From positions 246,195-310,194 of the forward strand of contig CAJFCJ010000004.1 of assembly GCA_904063045.1 (NCBI GenBank): a stretch of DNA of 64,000 bases. The letters are read 5' to 3'. Source of the stretch: Dimorphilus gyrociliatus (Eukaryota; Animalia; Annelida). Below the pieces are notes generated by a model. It was not told the origin of the DNA. It was given only the letters and a program-made list of their open reading frames with translations, and ran no database searches. The number at the start of each line of letters is the position of its first letter. Position 1 is the stretch's first letter. Below, in pieces: positions 37,994 to 54,266 of this stretch. Position numbers and translations under genes: made by a program.

Positions 37994-40900
37994 ATGATTA
38001 CTTCAAGGGAAGATGATGATTCCAGAACCGTGATTCTTTCTGAAAATGATTCTGATACTGAGGATTTAGAGGACGAGAGTGATAATACAGTACATCTTTA
38101 ATAATCTTCTTAAGATTTTACTTTTTCATTCGATTTCACTATTTTAGCATGGATGTTTGACTGTGAAACTGCCGAAAGGAAATTCAAGTTATTATATATC
38201 GAAAAATAGTTAGTTTTTAACTTGAAAAAATTAAAACTGATAAACTTTACTTTTTCAGAAAAACTTTTAGTCGGCAGATCACCCGATTGCGATGTTTGTA
38301 TTGATAATGAAGTAAGAACATAATATTTTCGAAGTTCACCAAACTGTATACTGAATTTTTCAGTTCATCTCCAAAAGACATGCTGAAATTATAATAATTG
38401 ACAATTTTCATCTCGTAACTGATCTATCTTCAACTAACAAAACGCAAAGGAACAGAAAATATCTGCCATCCAATTACTCTTTCGAAGTACAACATAAAGA
38501 TCTATTGAAATTTGGAAACGTTGAATGCATCTATGAAATCAAACAAACAGTAATTTCAATATAAATAAACGTTTAGAAACTAACTTTAAGCTTTCAGTCT
38601 CAAGTACTGAAGAGATCGAGTGAAAACGAAACAATTTATACTGAGAGAAATGCTAAAACACTGAAACCAGAAACTAGTATGCAATTTTGCTTTATTGACT
38701 TTTTACAAAGCTACATGAAATTCTGTTTGATATTGCAGATAATTTTAATGACTCTACCGATCCATACTCATCTGACGAGGATATTATTCGTTCTTCACAG
38801 CCTAACCCCAATAAGAAAATGAGAGAGTCTCAAACATTTTTTTTTAAAGACAAATCTTTCAAGTCATCCCAAAACGACAATTTTACAAGCACCCCTATTG
38901 AATCTGATAATGATAAAAATATTCAATTTGATTTCTGCGCAAATACTTTAGAAATTCCTGGAGAATTTGATGATGAAGACAATCCAAAAATTCCAAGTGA
39001 AGGCCAGAAAAGTTCTCAAAATGTAGATATTTTTGCATCAACTCAAATAATAGAGGACACACCTATGAAGCAAGACAGGAAAGACACTAAATTTTGTGAT
39101 CCTCTTGCTTGTACGCAAGTTTTTGAAAGTACTCCCATTAAGACAAAACAGAAAGTTGATTTAGTTGCGAGTACTCAATTAATCAATTCTAGCATTAACA
39201 TCGAACCATTTGCTTCTACACAAATTATATCTGCCGACCCCACAGTGCAACAAAATTCGTCCAATTCATCGGCTGATACTTTACCATTTGATAACACTCC
39301 GTCACCTGAACTCTTTGATCCTCTTGCTTGTACGCAATTAATTTCTAATAACAATCGTCCGAAAAGTAAATTGGCGGCATTTTCAGATGATACTCTACCT
39401 CTTTGCCCTGAAACTTCTAATGAGGTAGATCCATTTGCTCCTACTCAAGCTATAAGTAGAACTTCAAGAAAAGAAAAATATATGGCTACCCAGCTGATAT
39501 CAGGAAATTCCCCCAGTCGTTCATTGGACAATAATGCTGCAACGCAAATTATATCAGATGAACCTCCCTCCCGGCCTGTTGACTTGATTGCCCCAACACA
39601 GCTGGTTTCGGAGAATTCTCCTAGCCCTTCTGTAGATTTAAATGCTGCAACTCAAGTTGTTTCGAACACAAATAAGCTCTCAGGCAGTCAAAGAAATAAC
39701 TGCGACAATTCTGAAGAAAATGATCAACTTGAAGATACAGTTGCCTTTGAGGAAGATACTGCTTCAGCTAATGATTCAAGACTTGATTTATTCGCTGAAT
39801 TAGAGTTTACCCACGACGAAACACGAAATATAAAAAGTAAATCATCAGTTACTGTCAATCCAAATGATTCGACAGTTCTTCTAGATTTTGAGGATAGGAT
39901 TGACCCAAATGCTAAAACAGAACTTATAAACAGACAAAGACCTCATAAAAAATTTACCAGTGAACATCTAGAAAGCACTCAAATTATCAATCGGCTGCCT
40001 CCACATGAAATGGAGACAGTCCCTACTGAAACTCAGGCTACTCAATTAATTGATCATGAAAAGGAAAGTTCCCAACTGTTAAACCCTCTGATGGAAACGC
40101 AAATCATAAAGCAAAATGATTCTGAAATTCCACAAACAGTAAGAGCCGATAACTCACCAAAGTCAGGAAGCAGCACAGAGCTGGAGGAAACTCAATTCCT
40201 CTCTTATTCAGACTTTGATGGCTCATCACCCGAAATTGGAGGAATCAGGAATACTACTCGATACGAAAAGCAGCTTGGAGAATCTCTTCAAAATGCTAGT
40301 AAACCAGCGGATACACTGATTTCAAGTCAACAGGTTAATTTTGATTCTGACTCGGAATTGGAAGAGTTCATGTTAACTTGCGACTTTTAAATTTCTTTAC
40401 AGTCTGTCAAAAGTGCGCTGTTCACCGCAACTGATGAACCAAATGTGAATGAAAAATCAGCTCTATCCGAAAATTCCATAACCAGTTCAGAGTCCAATAC
40501 GCAAAAATTGTTTAGAATTTTGGATAGTGACGATGAAGATTATAAAGAAGAGAGCAAAGCTTTTGTTGAGAGTATAACCCCAAAAACGAAAGAACCAAGA
40601 GAAGAGAACGATAGTGATACTGAAATAGAAAGTAATGGAAGTTGTCCTGCAAATGAAGATGGTACTATTTTAATTTCAGTTTTCATACCTAAGTATTATT
40701 CCATCTTTGCTACAGATTCTGCAACCGAAATTGATGAGCCTGATCATAATTTAACTCTTAAAGGTTAGTAACATCTTATATGGTTCTTGTGTAACTCAGT
40801 ATTGATATTTCATCTAGAAAGTAAAGAAGATAAAACCAGAAATGTCAATTATCATGAGGAAAGTGATACCGAGTGTGAAAGCATGGCAGGGGATTTTCCA

Positions 40901-42350
40901 GAATTATTAAATGAAAATCTTGTAAATCAAAAAGAACATGAGGGAGATCACGGACTACCTGGATGCTCTAAACAGGCGTCAATCAAAAAAACAATCAAAG
41001 CGCCTTCAGAAAAACAGGATTCTGTTTCATTCAGCCAGTCTACTATTGGTGAACGAACAAGATCTTCTAGGAAAAAAGCTTTGCTTAGCAATGATCAGTT
41101 ATCTGAAGATTTATCTGATATATCCGTTCGAAGATCGAAAAGAGTTAGAAATTCCAGAGTTGCCAGCGAAGTGGAACAAGCTACAGTTAACCCGAGTAGA
41201 CGCAGTCGTAGACCAGGAAAGAATGTTGATCAGTCATCAGAATCTCTAAAGATTGATCCCATTAAAACAAAGAGAGGTTCGAAAAGAAAAAAAAATGTTT
41301 GCGAAACAACGTCAACAGAATCTGAAGAATCCACATTAGAGCATTTGTCTTCTTCAAGAAAAGTCATTAAAAAGAAAGATACAAAACCAAAAGGTTAAAT
41401 ATTTTCCGTGGTTTATATTATTCTTAATTTAAGGTATTATAACCACCACAGTTGGTACAAGATTTGGTGCCAGCTATTCTGGAGAAGATGTAAGAAAAGA
41501 AAATCGAAAGTATTCTTTAAGAAAAAATCTATTGAACAGAGACGAAGAATCTAGTGGGAGATCAGAAGCTGGATCTGATTCATACAGTATATCGACATAT
41601 ATATTGTGATAATTTTAAATGGCCATTTTTCATTTAGATCTCCGACGTAGTATCACAAAACAGTATAGAATTCTATACACGGGAATTAAAGATCTCTCTG
41701 CTGAAAAAGTATAGTTAGCTTTCTCAAGTAGAAATGAGGTTAATTTCATTATCTACAGATAATTGATCGGTTGGGAGGAATTATTGCATCTTCGAATGGC
41801 GACTTCACCCATTTAATTACAGATAAGATACGTCGAACACCTAAATTTTTATGTGCTGTCGCCAAGGGAATTCCAATTATATCAAATGATTGGATTCATC
41901 AATCAAAGACTGTTGGAAGATTTCTTGGTAAGCTGATTCATTCAATGAGTACTCTGCTGACTAATTTAAATTATTTTAGATTGCGAGAAATTTCAAGTCA
42001 AAGATATTGAAGGAGAGAGTAGGTTTGGATTCAATCTACAAGACTCCTTGAAAAGAGCTATCAAGAGAAAAGTATTTGACGGAATGGGAATTTACCTTAT
42101 GAAAGGAATTATTCCAGAACCCGAAAAGTGTACAGAAATAGTAGAATCTGGTGGTGGGAAAATTTTAACTGATTTTCCAACGGGAAAAAGTGAAGAATCT
42201 ATTCGAACTGTTCTTGTATGTAAAAAAGAGGATGTTTCCAGTCGTCTTGTAGTTAGAGCAAAAAAGAATTCTGTGGACATTGTTGACGTTGAGTGGATTC
42301 TTTCAGGAGTGTTGAAGCAAGAGTTAGATTTTAAAAACTTTTCTCATTAA
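37994..42350 (+). CDS. MDC1: Mediator of DNA damage checkpoint 1-like (FHA, TQ cluster, SDT motifs, tandem BRCT)
   Basis: FHA exons (VGRSPDCD; ISKRHAEI; DLSSTNKT), many S/A/E-TQ motifs, SDTE motifs, and C-terminal BRCTs ([26 protein letters not shown]; [13 protein letters not shown]). Confidence 0.88.
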
Positions 42351-42678
42351 GATCTCGTTATTTATTGATTACCAGAATAATGGTTCGTGGTGATGCATAA
42401 AGATAGCTGTACTGTTGACTTTTATATCTTTATTCGAATAAAAATTTATACAAAAAAAACCCGAAACATTCAACGTTTACATTATTCTCTTCATCTGATA
42501 CTATTGTTAACAGCAAGAAATTATTTCCAGCAGACTTAACATCAAAAATATAATTTGCTGACCCTATCGCAAATTTAAAGTACACTCACTTTCGAATCGC
42601 AGCTTTAGATAGCTTGATCTTTTTAAGAAATATTGGTAAAAAAGTAAAATTCTTTAGCCTAAAACCACATTTGTGACA

Positions 42679-43164
42679 TCATTGTTGATAAGATTGATGA
42701 TCGTACCCACCAAACCGAAGTTGATCATTACTCAGAGGTGTTATCGAGAAATTTCTCAGCTTTTTCAAGAGCTCAACTTTCAAATCTAGTTGTTTTCTTA
42801 TAACTTCCAGCTAAAATACAATTGAAATTCGAATTGAACAACTTGTTTATTAAATTTGTTAGAAAACTACCTGTTTTGCCTGCTCTTCTGGGCACTGATC
42901 AATACCGGGAAGTTTCTCAACTTGTTCCTTGGCTCGCTGAATTTTATTTTTCAAATCTGTGACCCTATTTGTAACATCTCCGGAATCCTTATCAACGCTG
43001 TGAGCGATAATATAATATTGTATTGATAATCGCATAAACTTTCAATAAAATAATAATATAGCGGTAAGTATTATAATTCAAGTAATAAATTAAGCTGAAT
43101 GTATTATTTACCTCTTCAGAATTTCATAAACCAGAGGGATAAAGTTAACATCAACATCCGACAT
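42679..43164 (-). CDS. MED9: Mediator subunit 9 (3 short exons; absent from the ORF track)
   Basis: Spliced MSDVDVNFIPLVYEILKS|VDKDSGDVTNRVTDLKNKIQRAKEQVEKLPGIDQCPEEQAKQ|LEVIRKQLDLKVELLKK resembles MED9 (SFLPLVHNIIKCMDKDS..MPGIHLSPEQQ). Confidence 0.88.
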
Positions 43165-43661
43165 GTTCTTAATCTGCAAAGAGATATTTCCGTTTCCGAC
43201 AGAGCGGTAGTTGTGCTTAGACAATTTTCTGAGCTATATGATATTTAATATTATTGATAAAAATAATTATAAATAAAGCATATTTAGTATTACATTAACC
43301 ATCCATATTTATAGTTTAAATTTAATAAGGCAGACGTTTAAGTCCCAACTAAAAAAAGTCTAATGTATAGTTTAATATTAGGTACACTCTGTTCAGCAAT
43401 ATTTCCACAAAATTTTTAGTTTTATATAATTCATAGTTATAAAAGTCTTGGCTATTTCAAGTAAACTCTTAATAAAAACTATTAATCTTTTTACATGAGA
43501 AGAATAAAAAATTCTTTAAATTAGAAATTTTAAATTAAAAATTTATTTCTGTCGTATGAGTAATTTTTTAGATAAATGCTTTTATCAGAAAAAATTTATT
43601 TTTCAAAATTTCTTTTTTGGTGAGCTCTCTTCTAATTGGCTAGCAGAAACTTACAACAATC

Positions 43662-46103
<2,442 letters not shown>

Positions 46104-46276
46104 AAAACTTGTTTAATGATAATATTTTTGTTAATATACATTTAATATATATAATGTATTTTTTCTGATATATAGTCTTAGGTAGACAAAAGAAAACATT
46201 AAGATAATGTGTAATATGCCTCTACACTAAATAAAGATAGACAGTTTTTTTCATTTTAAATCAGCCTTGAGTATAT

Positions 46277-46862
<586 letters not shown>

Positions 46863-47548
46863 GTTCAATAGTTTCTGTATGATTTGAATAAAAAGGTATT
46901 TACAATTTTTCTGGACAGTGTTTATGGCCGTTCTGATTATACTCCCGACAAAACTACGACGTAGTAAGTGCAGATTTAAATTTTCCACAAAAATGCTATA
47001 TTCTAAGGTAAACTTTTAAAGAATAAACGCAATATTTTTATGCTTACTTAATTATATTCGTATTATTACTCCACTTGATGAAATATCTCCAAGAATATAA
47101 ATGGAACAGCGAATCAACATATACAAAAACTGAAACTAGATGTCGCTCAAGTTTATTTTATATAGACAAATTTAAGCCTATATGAAAACAACACAGCACT
47201 ATCTTTTATTGAGATATTTATTCATCGTATTTTTGGTCTAATAGCAAGAGAACATTTGCTCTAGAGAATCAAATATAATACTAATTTTTCGAAAATTTCA
47301 TAAATAGTTCTCGAAAAAAGGCACAGCATCAAATTCAATATATTAATGTTAAAATGAGAAAAAGAACCAAAACAGGACAAAAGTGTAGACTTTGAACTAT
47401 GAATTTGTTTTTTTGTTTTTTTTTTGACACTTTTATCATATATGGTACACTAATGCTTTCAGATGTATGTATGTTAATGAGTTATTGTAGGCCAAAATCA
47501 AGCGATTTATTATTAAATTGTGCACCATATTTGAAAAAAATTTTAACT

Positions 47549-49749
47549 CTAGTCGACAAGTTCAGTATTGTTCTCTTCGTACAATCCCATAAATCTTAAA
47601 AATCGTTCTGCGTCTCGTTTTCCCCGCTCGATATAATTTGAGAGGTTATTTGGTGGGAAGAGAGCATGTTTGCCTCTTTTAATGTTGCGGATGCTAACCT
47701 GTTTTAAAAGGAAAATACATTAATAATAATTATTAAAGTGTAAATAAAAATGTTCATTGAACGATAATAAAAAGAGAGAAAAAAGAAGCAATCAACTGGA
47801 ATAGATTAGCAAATAACGTAATCGTTTAAAACTAGAAACCAACACTTTTCAACTTTATATATTATTTCGTTGCCGCATTTTTTTTTACTTTTAAATGAAT
47901 ACAGCATCTGAAAAAGAAATTAGCAGCTGCTATCATCATCACACTGACAGCGTTGTAGAAAAGAGTGAAGAAAGTGCAATTAATTTCCATTAAATTAATT
48001 AGCATTAATAACTATTGATAAAAATTAAAAAGACAAGTTTTTTTCAAAAAAGAGAGATGGAATGTTTTTCTATACAACTGTCAGAACAGAGTAATAATCA
48101 GCCTTTTCCCTTTTACAATTGCTTCACATAAATACGGATATTAAAAATTCCAAGAAAGAGTAATTAATCAAAAAACACTGTAGAAACTGTTGTTTTTTTT
48201 TTAATTTGCATTTTATTAATAGGTAAAAAAAAGCTTAGCTCCATAAAGAAAATACCCTGATTTATTTGAATTATCTATCTCCAATCCATCATTTGATTCT
48301 TCGTATAGGTTATGATATTTCAAGAACCTACGTGCATCTCTAGCTCCTTTATCGAAATACTTGAATAAATTTCTCTTTGTTGGTGGAAAAAGAGTGTGTT
48401 TTGCTCGACGAATGTTTTTAGCAGAGACCTAATTTGTTTTGTTAATATTGAAGAAAAAATAGATACATATTTTACATTTTTATAAGTACGATCAGTAAAT
48501 TTCTCTCTTATGGGAAAAAGCTTAGAAAATAATGGAGAAAAATTGCACTGAGTAAATAAGTAATGTTACATGCAATTGTAGTTAATATTTGTTTAAATTC
48601 TGAATAAATTTTTCATTACTTACACGAAAGTCTTGTTTCTTGATGTTCCAATGCATGTTAAGCGAAGACCCGTCTTCTGGGCAAATATCTTGGGTGCCAC
48701 TGAATGGGGAAACTGTAACCGTTCTTAAACCATTGTCCAAAATAGGAAGATTATCTGTCATTCCTCCGTCGATGTACTTAGACCCTCTAAAATCAACTGG
48801 TTCTGTACCCGTTAAATGAGGTACATATGAACTTGCCAAAAGGCACTGAACCAAGTCGTTGTTATCATGAAAAGTGCTTATTAATTTATTTCGTCTTGGT
48901 CTACGATGTGTTGTAATGGAAATATGTAACTTTTTAGAAGCGACCTCGTAACCTTCGTCAGGTATAAGGCTGTGCAAAGTCTCCTTTAGTGGGTCCAATA
49001 AACTGACTCCTGGTGTTAAAACACCGAGTTTCTTTCTGTGAACCATTCTAGCCAATTCATAAGCTACTTCTATACCTTTATCAATTTTCGTTGAATCTAC
49101 ACTTAAAATGGCAGCAACTAGTGATCCTGCGGATGCCCCAGCGAAAAATTCAACATTTTCTTGTAAGAAGCGTTTACCGTGTGTAACCAAACATTGAGCA
49201 ACTCCCAAATGATATAGACCCAAAAATCCACATCCCGCAAATGATAAATTCACTTTCTGACCTGTTTACGAGACGGAATATAAAAATAACTTGCATATAT
49301 GAATATTTCACAGAATCTTTCAATATAAAAAGCATTAATGTTAAGTCTAGTCTATTAATTCTGTCTTGGAACTATGTTACGAGGAAGAAGTACCAAATTA
49401 AAGAGAGTTTTAGTTTTATTCAGTTCACGTTTTACTTAAAATTATTAGCTTTTTAAGAGGGAAAAAATACACAACGGGTGAATAAATTTTAGCTAAAATT
49501 AACATATCACAAAATCTTTACTAAATATTGATTTATTTATTAAGTAATTTACATACCTGGTTTGAGAATTTCTCGTTTTTGTACTTGTCTTTCCCTTTTT
49601 GATAAGGGTCTTCGACAAATTTCATTCGCTTCTGAGCTGTTATCTTCGTTATTTTTTTTCGAGGAATCAACTGCTGCGTCTGTGGTATCGTTATTATCCT
49701 TTTTGGATCTTGGTCTCCTAAGACTAAACCTTCTTAGAAGCGATGGCAT
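47549..49749 (-). CDS. PNPLA4: Patatin-like phospholipase (PNPLA4/GS2-like) with N-terminal extension and two alternative last exons (48216-48428 or 47549-47698)
   Basis: NLSFAGCGFLG (GxGxxG), GASAG nucleophile and DGG catalytic motifs. Exon 49557-49749 splices in frame to 48624-49261. Confidence 0.88.
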
Positions 49750-50023
49750 TCTTACTAAAAAAAAAGAATAAAAAACACAATTAAAATATAATAAAATACA
49801 TCGAAATCGACCTTAATAAGCAGCTCAAACTAATCAAATCATAAAACAATTACTAAAGTATTAATTGTTAAATACCAATTTTCATGAACACTTAAGCCAG
49901 TACTTATTAAATATAAAAGTAATTAATCTCTTTCCTATATTTGAGTTATATTTTTTTTACGTACCGGCTTAGTTAAAGAACACTTCTTTAATTATTACAA
50001 GTGATAGTTAATAAAATTTCACG

Positions 50024-50049
50024 TATATATATATATATATATATATATA
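50024..50049. repeat. (TA)n microsatellite
   Basis: About 13 TA units. Confidence 0.9.
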
Positions 50050-50848
50050 CTGTATTTACTTTACAATCTTGATCCGGCTGGCGGGATATTCGAGTAATAA
50101 ATGAAATTTTTTTGATACTTTTTATATGTAAACAGATGTAATTTATTGCACAATTTACAAAAAAAGAGAGTAGAATTAAGATAATTATGCCGGGTTCCGT
50201 TGCCACCATTATTTAAATACAAAAGGAAACTAACTAGTCTCTAAAAATATTGTCATTAACGGTATTTAACTATGAGCTCTGTCCTGAATTACTTTCACAG
50301 ATGATTTGATAACTTTCAAATATGAACAATAAGAACAGATGTTATAATATTATGAGTAATATTCAATCTTTACAACTTCCGTTGAATATGCTTGTACATT
50401 CATAATTCATACATTTCAATACATACTAGAACATTAATAGATACTCACTCACTGTCAGAAACGTTCTCATCGGATTTTTTTTAAAAAATGATTAGCAATT
50501 CTTCTTTGTTCAAAATCCTAAGGTTTTTATAATTAAATAATATAAAATATCCTATTCAACAGCATTACACTTAAACAATTTAATAATTAACGTAGTGAAA
50601 TTTGTAGATAATCACTCATTTCTAATGAGAAATATCTACAAGTATTAAATAAATAAGTAAAACAAACGTTCAAGCCCATTTATTAATGGACATTTATAAA
50701 ATACACAGATTATCATACCTCTTTGAAAACTAAATGTATTTTTCAAACGTTAAATGCTTTTTTTGTAAATTTTATAATAAAAATATACAGATATTTAAGA
50801 AATCCACGAAAATAAACGAAATGCCGAATGGCTCCCTTTTAGAAATCT

Positions 50849-50858
50849 GTCACGTGAT
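50849..50858. promoter_or_regulatory. CLEAR-like E-box GTCACGTGAT next to a YY1-like GCGCCATTTT, upstream of PNPLA4
   Basis: 9/10 match to GTCACGTGAC, in a GC-richer patch within AT-rich DNA. Confidence 0.4.
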
Positions 50859-51272
50859 CAGCGCCATTTTAGTGGTGAGACTTATTACGTATTATTATAT
50901 AATAACAGCTTATATTACATTTTAAAAAGAGATAATAAGAAAACGAACAATATAAAAAATAAATTTTTAAAAATCTATAAAAATCTTAGGTTAATATTAA
51001 TAAAGCATCTTTATTGTTTTTTATGTTTTGCATTTAACTTAAAAAAACTCAACGTTTTATAAACTGTTGAACCTCACAGTAAGAAGATGATAATCAAGCA
51101 ATTAAGCTCCAATGATTGAACAATTTTAACCATTAAAAGATATTTTAAAACCTACAATTAGAACTTTCTGAATATATCCTCTAATTGAACGAAGAAAGGG
51201 ACTTATTTTTTTAGAAGTGATATTATACCAATATTTTTTATTTCACACTCTTAAAGCTCAATAAGGAGATGA

Positions 51273-51860
51273 TCAGAGAGTTGGTTTGTTGTTAAGATGC
51301 AAGCCAATTCCAAATTCGTAGCTAGATTTAAATTTCTTCCATATAGGAAAACTTTTTAAGTCGTGAAGACTTTTTTCGTTGGTTTTACTAGGTTTGAGAT
51401 AATTCTTTTCATCCAACACCTCTTTAAACATTTCTTGTATTTTCCTTTGTTCCAAAAGCCTGTCAATTTCTCTATTTTGGGCTTTATAATGTTGCATAAT
51501 GTTTGACAGTTTGAATACAATTCTTATTGACTTTTAACACTGTATGTTTCAATAGTTTCAACCTTACACTTATTGATTTCGCGGTTAGTCTCAGAGGGAA
51601 TATTATTTAGCAGCTTTCTTTTGATTGCTGCGGGACGTGATGAACTAGGAACATCTCTATCTATAATTGATGGTAAAGCTAAAGGTAAAAGTCGATTTTT
51701 CTCTAAACTTGTGTAATCTTTCCTTGAAAAATGGTCCGAACAAACCCTCTTTTTTTCACAACTAATGGGTTTTGTTTATATTGTCGGTCCCAATTAATAT
51801 TACGAAGTCTTACAATCTATTGTTTATATCGATACAAATGAGCGATAAATCAAGTTGCTA
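51273..51860 (-). pseudogene. THAP-domain C-terminal half plus short helical ORF: decayed THAP transposon or truncated THAP gene
   Basis: KRVCSDHFSRKDYTSLEKNRLLPLALPSII matches the THAP CSxHF...LxxxAxPT/SI signature. No intact N-terminal CxxC found. Confidence 0.55.
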
Positions 51861-52278
51861 AGTTTAAATGTTATTAGTACTTTGAATCCCGATCTTAGAC
51901 ATTTGGTAACACTAAAATGGTGGATTGCGCATGCCCAATCTGAATCGACCTTTTGAAATTAATGTTTATCAACACTCTTTAAATTTATCTTAAGTGTCCT
52001 ATTTTCAGTTGTTGAATTTGATTACGCGATATTGATAAGTAGAATATTCGAATTCGACTCAAATATCGTTCATTACTAAAAAAACACAAAATTAAGAACA
52101 CGGTCACCAGCCAACGAATAGAGAAACACAAACAGCAAAGTTTTAACCTCCTCTAGTAGAGAGATTAAAATTTTTTGTTTAAAATCAACAGACAAAAGCC
52201 ATTGAACAATGTCGAATGTAAAGTTCATTTAGCTAACAAATTTTCCCAAATTCCTTAAGCTTAGGAAAAATTTATTTA

Positions 52279-52301
52279 ATATATATATATATATATATAT
52301 A
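52279..52301. repeat. (AT)n microsatellite
   Basis: About 11 AT units. Confidence 0.9.
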
Positions 52302-53455
52302 GGCAATCAATACAACATGTTCACAAAGTATAAAATAGCCAATCCCTAATGGTTTATTAATTCACTTTTTTCTTCTTCCTTTCTTTATTCGTGTATAATT
52401 CAAAAAAAAATCTTCTTTTTTACTTTGTTTTATACAAAAGAATAATCTTTTGAAATATGTTAAAAACCATAAAATTTATATCTAATCTGTCTTTATTGGT
52501 TTTTTAATATATGCATAAATAATATAAATATATATATATATATACATAATAAAAATTAGAAAAACATTAGTTCAAAGGTTAAAATAGGTTGTAATTCAAC
52601 TATTTATCTTTAATATAAAAAGTATTTTAATAGGGCACTAGTTTAATAATTTCATATTGTTTGTTCTTTATATTATATATCTTTAACTGAGAACATTATA
52701 TTTCATATTTTTCGTCCCCTTCTCCTCTAATTAAATAATACAAACTATTAAAATACAAATGGAATAAAATAATTATGTCAATAACTAAATAATAACGTAT
52801 CTTATATCAATATTAATTCAAATAGAAAATCTAAAAGTATGCTAATTATTCTCTTATATAATTTAATACAGTTATTCATAAATATTATTAATAGGAATCA
52901 ATTTTTCATGACTCTTTTTATCCATTTGTTTGTAAGGATTATGCATAGTTTCATCTTTCTTTCTTTTTCTTTCTTGATTTTGTTAGTATACCCTAAACAG
53001 TAGATATAGTGCATTTAAGCAAAAAATGGTTCTTGTATATACTAGTACATATCCTTCAAATACAACGCGACCAGCTTATACTTAAACCTATGAAAGATTA
53101 TTTTTAAACAGATAATTAATAGTCTAACTTAGGCCTATAATGCATTGATGAATAAAGCCTCTGCTACGTAGGTGTTTGGGATAGAAAAATTTTATTCATA
53201 TGGAAACGGTGTGGGTGGTAACAGATAATTAATATATAGCAATAGAAAGGATTAAAAGTGGCAAAAATTTGATTAAGTTTGAATAGAAATAGCAATTTAT
53301 GAGTCTAGTAGTCTAAAAAAGTCTACGAAAAACATAATTTGACTATTGCTATTCTAAGGTGAATGGTTTTTTGATAGTTTGCAAATCCTTTCATCATTTC
53401 ATTTATAGTCAAGTCGATTTGTAATGAATCGCATACCACGTGACCAATATTGATT

Positions 53456-53469
53456 GTCGTCATAGGGAT
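53456..53469 (-). promoter_or_regulatory. RFX X-box-like ATCCCTATGACGAC about 135 nt upstream of TCTEX1D1
   Basis: Fits the relaxed consensus RYYNYYWWRRNRAC, at the expected distance from a ciliary dynein light chain ATG. Confidence 0.45.
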
Positions 53470-53602
53470 CACCGATACGGTAGGTATACATTCTAATCCG
53501 AATTCATTCAGAGAAAACTTATTAAGACTTTGATATAATTGAAAATATCCTTTATTAGAATTTTAAATAAGGAATTAAAAACAGTGCCTTTATTGAAAAA
53601 CT

Positions 53603-54266
53603 ATGTCATCAACGGACTTAGCCAGGGACCGAGCGGCCAAACTATTGAAGAAGAGAGGTAGTCTCTCTTCTCAAGGAACCAGCAATGAATACAATCTACA
53701 CGCTCACAGGAAGCAAGGGTAAGTAATCTTGGAAATATATTTAAAATGTTTAAGAAATCTAAAAGAAACTGATTGGAAATATATGAACAGTTCCATATCT
53801 ACAATATCCTTTATGGAGGATCATACAAATCAAGAGCACCATCATAAGCCGGCTGTCAAAATGGAAAATACTTATCAGTTGGGACCGACAAAAAAGTTTC
53901 CCGTTGGTCAAATAACTCAAATTATAAGCGATGTATTACAAAGTTACTTGATGGATGAACGCTACGAAGTGGAATTATGTAGAAACATGACGAAAACGCT
54001 TAGTGACGTATGTAAATAAAATATGTATATAATTAATTCTTGAAAAATCGTTCATCAATCAGGTTGTTAAAGCACGAGTGAAGGAATTACAATTGCCACG
54101 CTATAAAATTGTCTGTTTGGTAAATATAGGTGAAGTTAAAAATCAAGGGGTAAAGATGAGTTCAAGATGTCTGTGGGATCCCACTAACGACACTTTCGCT
54201 ACTTATGAATTTACCAACGGCTCTTTATTTGCAACTGCATCCGTTTACGGAATTTATATGGAATGA
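53603..54266 (+). CDS. TCTEX1D1: Tctex1 domain-containing dynein light chain (exons 53603-53718, 53791-about 54007, about 54063-54266)
   Basis: GSISTISFME..MENTYQLGP..YEVELCRNMTKTLSD|..PRYKIV..SRCLWDPTNDTF..SLFATASVYGIYME matches TCTEX1D1/DYNLT5. Confidence 0.9.

Noticed and set aside
53545-53553. ATATCCTTT resembling a U12 AT-AC 5' splice site upstream of TCTEX1D1 (also 53049)
   Set aside because: No convincing TCCTTAAC branch point, and such a match is expected by chance in AT-rich DNA.
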